DNA of 64,000 nt from Auanema rhodensis (taxonomy: Eukaryota; Animalia; Nematoda): positions 15,500,001 through 15,564,000 of the forward strand of contig OZ059899.1 in the NCBI GenBank assembly GCA_964057225.1, given 5' to 3'. Within the stretch, counting starts at the first letter, position 1; each line of letters starts with the position of its first letter. The notes under the pieces are model-generated. The model was not told the origin of the DNA, did no database searches, and saw only the letters and a program-made list of their open reading frames with translations. The position numbers were made by a program, and so were the translations under genes. Below are positions 25,501 to 37,232 of the stretch, piece by piece.

Positions 25501-28500
25501 TCCACTTTCATACAAAGAAATAGCTTTTTTTTTTGAAAATTTATAATGATAATAACAAGTAAATATAATAGACAAATACATAAGAAATGCTCAAATATTT
25601 TCATACAATATTAAAACTCAGTTTAATTGTATAATTATTGTGATTAAAATTAAAATAATTATCAAAAGTGAAAAAAAACGGCGTATATATATGCACCAAG
25701 TGCTATCGAATTAATTCAAAATAAAATGATGTCATAGATTATAAATATATAAATATTATTATATAATGATAATAATAATAATATAATTATTATGATTATA
25801 AAATAGTCTCGTCCAGAATTTTCCACATAGAATATATAGTATATACTATATTATGTATACAAGTACTATGTACTATGTTCATTTGATTCAATTTTTGAAA
25901 TATGCTCTGACTTTCAAGTTGATGAAAGTCAACCCAATTCAACCAGTTTAGTAGTGCACACGTGATCTGTGCAGAACAAAAACCAAAAAAAGAATAAACG
26001 ACTTAATATGTCAACTACAAATTTGATATTTTTGAGCAAATAAAGTGAAAATTAGTTCAAATTAGATAGAAAGAAATGAAAATACAAATTATATTTTACA
26101 TGTTTTTACATGTGTTCTCTACTTTTGTAAATTTTTAAAGAAAAAGAAGTTATTATTAAATTCAAATATATTCATATTTATATATATATATATGTCTATG
26201 TATATAATATACAATTTCTTCTTCTTTTTCTTTTTTTTTCTAGATTTGTAGATTAAATTGATGTTTTTAAGTTGAAGATTGTTTAGTTTAGTTACATAGA
26301 TGATGATGTATAGTACACTTCTTCAACTTTCGTTCGCGAAAGTAATACTCCAATAAAAGTTTTTTATTTGATTTCTGTTACAAAAGAAAAGAAAGTTGTT
26401 GAAATTTCAATACAACTTAGAATAAGATTACACAAGACACTTAAGAAGATAAATACAAATAGAATAAAAAATAATAAAAATTAATATTTTTATTAAAAAT
26501 TGGTTTTAGGTCGAAAAACAACTAAGCGTAATACGTGTACACGTGACCTGCTCAGTTTATTTATAATTCATATCTTTTAAAAGCCGGTCCGTTAGTATAT
26601 ATTTTTTTTTGAAAAAAAAAACATTTTTGTGAAAGGTAATTCAGTAATGGAATTCAATAAGAAATGCTCAAAAGCCACCATTTCTCAGCGACAACTTAGG
26701 TAAATACGATATATGCATAAGGTGAAACTTGCTACTTTATAGATCATAATCCTCGTTTTATTAATTCCTCTGACATTTTAAGAAAGATCATAACCAAAAG
26801 CTTTGAACCTTTATAGGGATCAAGCCTGAGCAAAATGCTATCGATAAAGTTCTTGCAGAGATAAATTTAGAGTCACGTGAATGACAATATAATATTTGGG
26901 ATAATAGAAGATTTAAAAAGTTTGTTCTATATCTTTAAATGCAAATTGATAATTATAATATCAAAAACATGAAAGATCTTACATCATTTGTTATTTTTGA
27001 TGCAAAGATCAGTGAACAAAAAAAAGTTTTTCTGACTCATTCCTTTTGAAGAACTGTAATGATTCTTCCAATTTTGAAAAATAGTTTTAAAAAAGTCGGA
27101 TGTAGGAGGTAAAATCATAAACTTCTGAATTTCTAAGTTAATGTTATCTTTCCTAAGCTTTCTTGTATAACTCAATGTATATGTACGGAATGGTTGCATT
27201 AACATCGTTAGTGTTTAGGCGAAATTCAGAAGTCAGCAACGTATTCGTGAAGCACAGATGAATAATACTCGAAAAAAAAAAAGGTAATTATTTTATATTC
27301 TTATATTCTATTTTCATTATTATAAGATAATTAAAGTAAACTAGAATATTCTAGAATAAGCATACTCTTCTATGAATATTATTTAATGATCTGATGACGT
27401 TTTTTTAAAATCATTTCATGGCTCATGAATGAAATTATAGAGCAACATGTTATCAGTAATATTATAAACATATAATATTCTTATTTCATATACATTTCTT
27501 TCAGTTTATTCAAGTTTTGCTTTAAGATAATTGAAAATAGTTTCCACATTGTACTTCCGTTAGCTAAGTGGGATCCAGGGCTAAGGGAAAGAGTTCTCGT
27601 TCTTAATCTTATATTTCTGATTCATTATTTGTAGTCGATATTTCATCTGAATATCAATCTAATTCAATTTGCTTTTTCGCAGAATCTTCCAAAACCTTCA
27701 CAATTATATCTCATTGCTACTGAAAAATTGAATTTCTAACTTGTAGATTACTGAACTTTCTAGAATGATTCTCCAACTTCTAACTCTATTCATAGAATTA
27801 AACTGAATTTTTACTTGAAGCCAAATGAGGAGATTGTAATTCTTCTGTATCTTCTGCACTTTTTAGTACTTTCCTGGAATTGTTTAAGCTGGAAGATTCT
27901 AAAAGGATATTGTCCCGAATACAAAAATGCCTTTTTGAGGTGTCTCTCTCATTCTATTTTTGATTTTCTCTGATTTTTTGATAATTAAGTTCACAACCTC
28001 TTATACAATCAAAAATTAATAATTTTAGTTTCGTAAAAAATTGAAATTGAAACTTACAAATGAAACATGAAGCATGAATCAGTTTGCAAAGTAAAAATGA
28101 ATCATATAAAAGTAACCTGATGAAAAAAGTGGATAATTCATTTCTACTGAGCAATCATGTATTTAAAGAACGTGAAGTCAACAACCGAATCAATTTCATG
28201 TTTCAGCTTCGTTATCAACAAATGATTATTGCGATCTATTCTATTATGACTATCTTTGGTGGAAATATGCCTATTTCACAAGATGCTTTTGATTGAGAAG
28301 CTTGTGATAAAAGCAAACATGTCGTGATTTCATTTATTTACTTTTCCACTATATACTGCATTTAATTTTTTTTTCAGCATTTCGATAACCCTTACTAGAA
28401 ATATTCACTTTCATATTCGAAAAAAGATTCTGCTCTGCTTGAAATATTGTTTTTTCTCTATTTTTCAATGTTTCAACAGAGAATTCAAATACTTTAATCG

Positions 28501-28651
28501 ATATTTATTATTTTTTTTGTGCTCAAATCTCAATCATAGAACTTTTATCATTCTTGTGTTTCATACTTTCTTTTGAATTAGCTTTGTCATACTAACAAGA
28601 TATTTGGATTTGTTTCAGCTGAACAGCAATACAGATCTACAAATCCAGAAA

Positions 28652-30566
28652 ATGACAAGTCAAAAATTTCCATTTCCCGTGAGTTTTATAATAAAAATAA
28701 TTATTTTAATTTTTTTGAATGTATGTATTATAAGCATTTTCTTATATATTTAGACCATGCCTTTCTCTCGTGAAATTCATAATGGATGTGCTATAAATAC
28801 TTCAATTATTTTGAAAGGTAAACCTTACGCTGATCAAAAAAGGTTTTGTTTGTAACGTATAATTCAAATTTCTAAACATATTATGTTTAAGGACACTTAC
28901 ACTTCAACTTAAAAGTGAGAAAGATATCGCTCTTCACATAACTTTGCCGTTAGGTACACATGGAAAGGTTAATTTTAATTTTAAATTTCCTAATATTTTA
29001 CAATAAAATTCATATTCTTGAGTTGATCATATGACAGCTCATCTCATTTTGAAAAAGAAATGTCCGATGAGTCAGTTCATATCTAATTTCATAAATAAAC
29101 ATGATGATATCATTGTCAGTTTAACGGTATATTCTAGATGGTTGTAACTTCACAAGTGAATGGGAACTTCTCCAGTGCGATTGAAAAATCTATCTTCTTA
29201 CCTAATGATAATACTTTTCAATTTCATATTAGAATGAACACACACGCAGCAGAAGTAAAAACACATGGCATTATCTTCATTCAACTCTTTTCTTTCTAGA
29301 TCTACAACGATAATGTTCATCTTACTGATTTTGTTCATCGAGTTGATCCATTAGCTGTTAAAACGTTCTCTGTAGAAGGACCTGTGCTTGTTGAAGTCAT
29401 TCGTTTTGATCCGCCAAGCGGTAAGTATATTCAACATTTTTGAATATGGACGCCTATTCAGGAGCATCGTTGGATCCATTGCCATCTTACGAAGATGCTT
29501 CCAAGAACTCTATTCCTATTTCGTCAATGAGTCAGTTATCGTTAGGTAATATTGAAATATTCATTTCATACGATTTGATAGTTTTTCAGGACCCTCTTCT
29601 TCTCAACAACCTCAAACGAGGGGCATTCCAGTTTTGCCGTTACAGCCAGAGCTTTCTCGAAACCCCATACCTACTGCTCCATTTCCAAATTCTACAGTTC
29701 CTTATTCAACATCTTCAGCTCCCTATGTTCCTCCTTATCCTGCATCATCATCTAGCAAATCAGTATGAACAACATCTTTTTAATATATAAAGTAATCTTT
29801 TCCAGGAAGAGAAGAAAGTCCCATATCCAGAAAAAGAGTCTAATCAATTGCCTCCATCACTTCAACCATATAACATACCTTTCCAAGTAAGGAAACACTT
29901 TGAGGCACATAAACGAACATTTTTTAGCAAGCTGTTCCTATGAGCTCCCAGGGAACTATCAATCCTCAAGCTAATCCTGGAATCATACCTAATGGAGCTT
30001 CAGGAATGCCACCTATGTCAAACATTCCATCACAGGGAGGAGTTCCTATAGCCGGTGTAGCACCTATGATAAATCCAGGAATACCAGGAATGCCAGGAAC
30101 AACAATACCAGGAATGCCAGGAACTACAGTACCAGGAATACCAGGAACTACAGTACCAGGAATACCAACGGCATCAGTTAATCCTGTTGCTCAGATACAG
30201 CCTATGAGCTATCCATACAACCCCAACCCACCAGTCTATAACCCATATCAACAAAATCCACACACAACGGTAGAACCGATTAAGTTTGAGGGTTTCAGAA
30301 TAAGTTTTTTTTCAGATTGTGCATGCTCAACCAGTACCCGGAACAGTAATACAACAGCCTCAACTATACCAGCAATACCCTCAAGTTTATCAATACCCAA
30401 GTAATTTTAAAATCATTAAATTAATGACATATTAATTACTTTATAGTGTATGGTTATGGATGTCCCACGGTCTACTATGAAGAAGGATATGTAAGCGATT
30501 CATTTTACCTATAGATAACAAGTACATTCCTTTTAGGGACATCATCATCATCATCATCACTGTTGA
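28652..30566 (+). CDS. Galectin-like (atypical CRD) protein with long Pro/Gly/Tyr/Gln-rich C-terminal tail ending in His7-Cys
   Basis: Spliced: MTSQKFPFPTMPFSREIHNGCAINTSIILKGKP...KDIALHITLPL...VNGNFSSAIEK...FQFHIRM...IYNDNVHLTDFVHRVDPLAVKTFSVEGPV. This fits the galectin beta-sandwich pattern PF..I...I...G, IALH, F.HR, .I.G. It continues PLPSYEDA, IPTAPF, (PG[IM]PGTT[IV])n, NPPVY and ends GYGHHHHHHHC*. TGA at 30564-30566. Confidence 0.82.
30076..30166 (+). repeat. Coding 24-nt tandem repeat encoding PG(M/I)PGTT(I/V)
   Basis: CCAGGAAT(G/A)CCAGGAAC(A/T)ACA(A/G)TA repeated about 3 times, plus partial flanking copies. Confidence 0.9.
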
Positions 30567-31111
30567 ATCAAATTATTAAAATATAATCTGGGTATTTCAC
30601 CACTACTACTAAAATAAAATAAATCGTTCTGTGTAACACACTTTTTTAAAAACAAATTGTTAGCAAAAAGCGGAACATAATTGTTAAATATAAAGAAGAT
30701 AAGATGTTTCAAGTTCTTGGCCACGGTTCTAATGAACAATAAACCTAGCAATGCATACAGAAAACAACCTTACACCAGCAGTAACTTACAGGATATACGA
30801 AACACAACATGTAAAATGCAAGAACATCGAACAAGTGGAGACTGTACATTCATCACTACACAGTAAGCAAAAAGTTGAGGTCGATCTTACAGTAAATACT
30901 GGGGAGAGACATGTAACAGGAAAAATAGATCGAAGCTGAAAAGCTTCTACGTATACAGATGACATAAAACAGGAATAACATGCAACGAAAAGTATTTTTT
31001 TTTGTAAAAAAAAATTAATTGAAACTCTAAGAATCCTGAGTCATGCATACAAACTGGCTTCTACATAGACTAGGTCAAATAAAGAAGTATTGATTCAAAC
31101 GATAAAATCAT

Positions 31112-32438
31112 TTATGGACTATGATCCTCCCTTTCTTTTCGAGGAGTTTTCTTGGGACTAAAGACTAGATGAACCTTTGGCCGTTCCCGAAACTAAAATG
31201 TTCAAATTTATACATAATGTTTTCTTTCCGAGATGTGAAACCTTTTTTTCTTCTTCAACGGTTCCTCCGGTATTTGATAAAAACAATTCTATATGAGATT
31301 TAGCATTTTCGCAGTGACGCGCATTTTGACCTATAACTTCCACAGGAAATTCTCCGTCCTTTTTTGATTCAGTATGAAGCTGGAAATTAAATAATCGACT
31401 CAAAGAATAGTCGGTATCTCCGAACAGTAATAGAACAACCGGTAGCATCTTCAATTCTTTTTTTGTTAACACCACGTGTTCCGATCAGTCGAGGAGCATC
31501 CGAAGAACGGACCATGAACATCAAACGTTCTTTTCTTCTTGTACCGTTGATCCGAATTTGAGATACTTCGTTACTTACTTCGGTTGATGAACCCTATAAA
31601 ATTGAAATAAATAAGATTGGCACAAATTCAAGACTTACCAAGGAGGCAGATCTTTCCTGCTGACCTTCGTTGCCTCCATAGTATCTTGCGAAAGGTTCGT
31701 TCCAAGTAGTAGCACAGTCCGGAGAATTCACATGTTGATGTTCCGTAGCTAAAAACATTAAAATCAATAGTTGAGCCTATTTTTTCTTAGAAAAACGCAC
31801 CACTAGGAAATCGTGAAAAATCCGTATCTGGAGCAGTGTCTTCGAATACTGAAAATTGATGGCACATACGATCGATCATTGCTCGAGCATGATTAACAGA
31901 TTCAATAGGCCCGTACCAACTTACAGTACCATTCAATTCAATCTGAAATAAATGCATCTGTCACTAAAATCAAAAATGTGAGATACTAATAGGTCAGCCA
32001 CTCCAGTCTCTCTCATTAAAAGATGTTTGAAAAGTGAAATGAGAGCAACTTGATGAATGCTGTATTGTACTGTTTGACTATGAACACATAGTTGACTTAA
32101 AAGAGATACTCGCATGGCTCTGAAAGTGCTTGGGTTGTATTTCTCTGATAACATGAGTAATTGTACTGACTTTTTCATATCACAATCATGCCATGCTTTC
32201 TTCAAAGAATTTTCAATACTTTGGACATGGGTGGATTCCTCATGCGAGATGGCAATACAGTCTTCTTCGAGATTGAACTCAGCACAACCAGAATCTTCTA
32301 ATGATGACAACGTGTCACTTCCTTCTTTTTCTAAGAAAAAAAAAATTTTTTTAGTTCCTCTTTTTTCTTGCCTCGTAGAAAACGCAGGAATTCCTTAGAG
32401 GCAGGTATACAATCAGTAACAGTTGCCCGAGATGACAT
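31112..32438 (-). CDS. KH-domain RNA-binding protein (one clear C-terminal KH domain)
   Basis: Seven exons: [22 protein letters not shown]...[35 protein letters not shown]|[34 protein letters not shown], with an intact IGxxG loop. TAA at 31114-31112. The first intron is GC-AG. Confidence 0.85.
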
Positions 32439-33559
32439 GGAGGGCTATAAAAAATAGCTGTTATAACAAATAAATAAATAAATACATATATAAAACCAAA
32501 GTACAAAATTAAATATATCATTCAAGCCTAAATTAATTAATGGCCTAACTGATTAAAGTTTAAAAAAAAACTAAATAAGAAAGATCATAGACCGTCGTAA
32601 ACAACGGTCAATCATTTAACGTAAATAATAATTTGAAAGTTGGATTTTAGGCTAGTCTACTTACAGATTTGGAAAATTTGCATATTATCAATCAATCAAT
32701 AAATTTGGCTTATGAGGATTAATTGTTTTTTTTTAATTTAAAGAAATTAAAGATAAGAACTAGATATAAATCAAAATAATCATAAAATTTTATAATTTCC
32801 ATCAACTACTTGAGTGAAAACGTTTTATTATTATAGTTTACTTCCTTATTTTCATCTGTAATATTATTTATTATTTTAATTTTTTAAAATTTATTCAGTT
32901 AATTATTAAACTCCTCATATTTCATGATAAATTTTCATAATTGTCTCGATATATCAGTCATATCTTCCAATATTTTCACTTTTCCCGGTTGCGAAAAATG
33001 CCCGAAGCTTCTCGCTAATTTAGGAATGGCAAGTATTTTTTCGTAATTTATATATTAACAAATGGCAGTTAAATGAGGAATGACATTAATGTAGATCACC
33101 AGGAAGTGGGTTCCTAGTATTGAAAAAGTATATTTCATTAAATGTCAAAAAAAAAGTAAAATTTTGGTTGTTATGTGTTATCGCAATAATTTGTAAATTC
33201 AATTGGTGTCATTCTTAGTTTCTTCGTTTTTAACAGCTGCCAGCAGATAACCTTCCTCCTAAACACCTTCGAAGTCTTTTGGCTTCCGTCTAGCTTGGAT
33301 GATGTCGATGAACAATTGTCGCTCTGGGAACTAAGCTCAATATCTATATCTTCGTAGAAAAGTTTACAAATCATTGTTTGGCTTTTCATTCAACTTCTTA
33401 TCTTTTGCTGTTGATGTTAATCCCATTCGAAATGTCTATTTCAACAATTTGTAAAAATTATTTTTGATGCTTTTTTTAAAAAATAACCATAAATTTGAAA
33501 TAGCGCATGGTTCTTAATGCATATATTTTTATATTTTGAATTATATTCTTATTTTAGAT

Positions 33560-34309
33560 ATGGTTCAAGATATCTCCTTGTCAGCACGTTACGATTTCAG
33601 TTATTACTGTAACATCTGTAGAACTGTTCAAGTTATATGTGGAGCTATTCAGGTTTAACTATTTTAACTTTTCTTTAACCCATCTTATCATTTTCAGATT
33701 TTGCTTGTTTGGTCTGAAGCAAATCAACTAAGCTTCATCCAATTTTTTTGTTATATCATTCTTGTTGGAGGCTTTCTGTATCACGTAGCTCGTAGATGGT
33801 AAGATACTAAACCTATTTGTCAAGTAAATTCCCTCATTTTTTCTTAAGGTATAAGAAAATTGATGGCAGATATGATATTCGTCAATTAACAGCGACCAAA
33901 GAGCTTAAAACCAAATTGCAGTATGCTGGTGGTATGCTATTTATAAATATTATTATATGATTCGATTAAAGAAAAAATTGTTATATTGTTGATTACAACA
34001 TGTGCCACGTGATTTGTTTTCATATCTTAATTCACTTTTCAAATGATTCATTTATGTATATTTTAAAGAAAACATAGATCGTTTGCAAAATTTTCACCAA
34101 ATTTTAGGTGTTTTCAACATTTCATAATTTCTCCTGTTTCAGCTGTGCTGACTGCTGTTCCCCTGGCTTTATTGATCTGGAATACAATTGAGTTGGAAAA
34201 TCCTTTTGTACATTTGGTATCATACATGTGCAGCTTCGTTACTGTAGCTGCCTCCGTAATTTTGTTAGCCATGGAAACCTACGAAGTGTTTGGAAAGAAA
34301 TCAAAGTGA
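33560..34309 (+). CDS. Small (~146 aa) four-pass membrane protein of unknown family with C-terminal KKxx
   Basis: Four exons in phase with GT-AG introns: MVQDISLSARYDFSYYCNICRTVQVICGAIQILLVW...ARRWYKKIDGRYDIRQL...ILLAMETYEVFGKKSK*. Four hydrophobic segments. Confidence 0.8.
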
Positions 34310-34474
34310 TATAGCAAATAAGACATGAAATAATTTCATTCAAATGTTTATTTATTGGAATTTTTTTTATAAATGTATGAAATATTCGTAAAGATAAACT
34401 TTTTTTTATTAAGTAGTTCTGAAAAACCCTATTTTGTCAATGTCCAGTACCAAACGTCAAAGGGAAAATGTTGT

Positions 34475-34556
34475 GATCAGGTGGCCGAGTGGTTAAGGCG
34501 ATGGACTGCTAATCCATTGGGGTTTCCCCGCGTGAGTTCGAATCTCATCCTGATCG
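34475..34556 (+). tRNA. tRNA-Ser (anticodon GCT)
   Basis: GATCAGG/CCTGATC acceptor stem, A box TGGCCGAGTGG, anticodon arm ATGGA-CTGCTAA-TCCAT, long variable arm GGGG-TTT-CCCC, B box GTTCGAATC, and TTTT downstream. 82 nt. Confidence 0.98.
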
Positions 34557-34843
34557 AATCATTTTGCATTAATATATAATAGCTGAAATGTTTATTCAAT
34601 ATTGAATAAAGGGTTGATACTTTGGCAAACTGTTTTTTAAGAAAAATTTAATTCAACAGTATTCACTAGCATATTCTTGTATTCGGAAATTGAAATTGCT
34701 CTAATGCTAATCTTAACAGTGCTCCATTGCTAAATGTTTCTTTTAGTTATAACAAACTATCTAATTTTAATCATTTATTCATATTTTTTATAATTATGGA
34801 GTGTTCATGCTTTGAATATAATTGATAAATTGTAGAATTTACA

Positions 34844-37232
34844 ATGAGCGAGAAAGCTCAGACGAAACAACTGATACAACTAACTCCGGAACTCTTGAAT
34901 CGAGAGGTATTTGAACCTTGAAAATTTTCATTAATTAGTGCTTTGAATAGATTATAAAGTTGCGTGCTCCTATTCAACAAGCAAAAGCTTTCTTGGGACA
35001 GAAAAGTGTTAGAAAACGGAAATATTTAACAGCTAGAAATGAGAAAAGATCAACTCCCAAGGCAGAGAATGTAATTGCTCGTTTAGGCCAAGATATTAAG
35101 GCATTGAAGGCTAGTTTCAATAGTTTTTCATTAAAATATGAATAACATTTATTATTCTAGGAATTAGATAGGGATGAAGTAGCTAAATTTGCTTTGTTAA
35201 ACACGGAGGACAAACAAAAACTGCTCACGGTTAGTTAATTCAGTTAATCAGTTATAAATATATACAAATTATTTAAGAAAGCAAAAACCCCAGAAGAAAG
35301 AGCTTTATATTTGGTAATTTCTGAAAAGCCTGTTTTAAAAATAATTCAAGAGTTCAGGTTTTATTATTACTTTCTAATTAAGTTTGAAACAACGTTATTA
35401 CAGATCAACCTATTATGATTGGAAAGTTTCAACCCCGTTCATATTACAACGGTTAGGTTTACAGTATTCAGGTAATAGAGCTGCTATGACTATGTTAAAT
35501 GGATCAGAGGGATCACCAAAAAGTAAGTTAGTTATCTCATTACTTTAATAAATTGATCATTTTAGAGAAATCATCGAACCAGAACGAAGAGAACGAGAAT
35601 AGTTCTAGTGATGATAATGATAATGATAAGGAAGTTGAGAACCAAGCTACTTCTGACAGTGATGATGAGGCAGAAGAAGATAATGATGATAGTGTAAAAG
35701 GTGCTGATGAGACGGAGGAAGAAGAAATTGCTAATGAGAATGAAAGTACTGATGATGCTGAAGTTGAAGAGGAAAATGAAGAGACTGTTGATGAAGATGA
35801 AGATGATGAAGAAGTTTGAATGAATGTTTTTCAAATCTTAAGTTTTAATTTAAGATTTCTGATGTAGAAATGGGAAGTGATAGTGACGATGATACGGAGT
35901 TAGTGGAGGAAAGACGACGACTGGTGATACTTTTTATATTTTTGCATTCTTATCTTTCAATTAAAGTTATTGGGTCTTGCTGGAATTAGTGAAGATAAAT
36001 CTAGGCCAAAACCTGCTCCAAAAAAGCGAAAGCTGGTAAACTCAGATGATGAAGATGATGGTCCAGAGGAGGAAGAGGAAGAAACAAAGAAAACTGTAAG
36101 TTTTTTTATTGTAAATCAAATAATATTTTGATTATTTCAGTCAGAGCCTGTAGCTAAATCTTCGAAAAAAGCTGTTAAAGATGTCAAAAGCTCAGATAAG
36201 GACGTAAAGAGTACCGAAAAAGAGGTGAAAAAGCCTACTAAAGATCAGAAAGCTGCAAAACCAACGGTTTCCAATAAGAAGAATAAAGTTACCGAAGAAG
36301 CTTCGTCTTCAAAGAATTCTACAACAGCCAAACCTTCTGTCGTTAGCACCATTCTCACACAAACACTTCAAGCTAAGGTTTGAAAACTATAACATGTTCA
36401 TCAAACACTTTTGATTCCAGCATATTACTCTTAAACAAATGAGGAAAAGTGAAAAAAAAAGTAAAGGTGTACCAAAGATAATGGATAATAGTAGTCTTAA
36501 TCGTCTTGTTGATTTTTCAAAATTGCAATCAACAACAGGAGTTGGTTTTATTTTGTTTTCCCCCGTTAACATTCGTTTTATTTAGGGAGTAATTCAGCAA
36601 ATTAAACTATCTGATGGGGGTGAAGTCAAATTCTCCAAATCATCTACTACTGCTCCCAAAGAGGAAGATAAAGAGGAAGAATCCGAAGACACCAAAAAAC
36701 CCAAACGTAGAGATTTCTTCTTCGCTTCAAACGGCGGTGAGTCACCTTTTATCCTTAGAAGTTTATGTATTCCAATTTTATTTCTAGATGACTCAGGAGA
36801 GGAAAGTGTTGATGATGATGAAGATATGCCCGTTGCAGATTTCCAAAAGGGAGAAAAAGGCTCATTCAGGTTTTTCCGAATTTTCTAAACTTCATCTGGA
36901 TATATTGTTCAGAAAAGATGTGGGAAGTAAACGAGCATATAACCAAAAAATTGAACGGGCAGGGTATCAAGCTCAAAGACCTAAGTTCGATAAGTTCGAT
37001 AAGTTTGCCAAGAAAACGAAGGCTCCCAGACAAGAATCGAAATTTTCCAAGAAAACAGATAAAGGTATTAATGCTTTTCCCTCTTCTTTGTTGGCGATTT
37101 TGTAATTACACCTATTCAGGACCTGCTGGCATGCCAGATGAGCTACATCCTAGTTGGGCTGCTAGACGACAAGCCAAAGAACAAGCAAATGCTGTACCCC
37201 AAGGAAAGCGAACCATATTTTCCGATGAATAA
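34844..37232 (+). CDS. SRFBP1: Serum response factor-binding protein 1 / BUD22 family nucleolar protein
   Basis: N-terminal LLNREIIKLRAPIQQAK...RLGQDIKALKELDRDEVAKFAL, acidic and Lys-rich middle, and C-terminal BUD22 motif ELHPSWAARRQAKEQANAVPQGKRTIFSDE*. Confidence 0.9.

Noticed and set aside
26640-27950. Scattered exon-like fragments on both strands
   Set aside because: All attempted joins hit stops or lack a start, and no family similarity was recognised.
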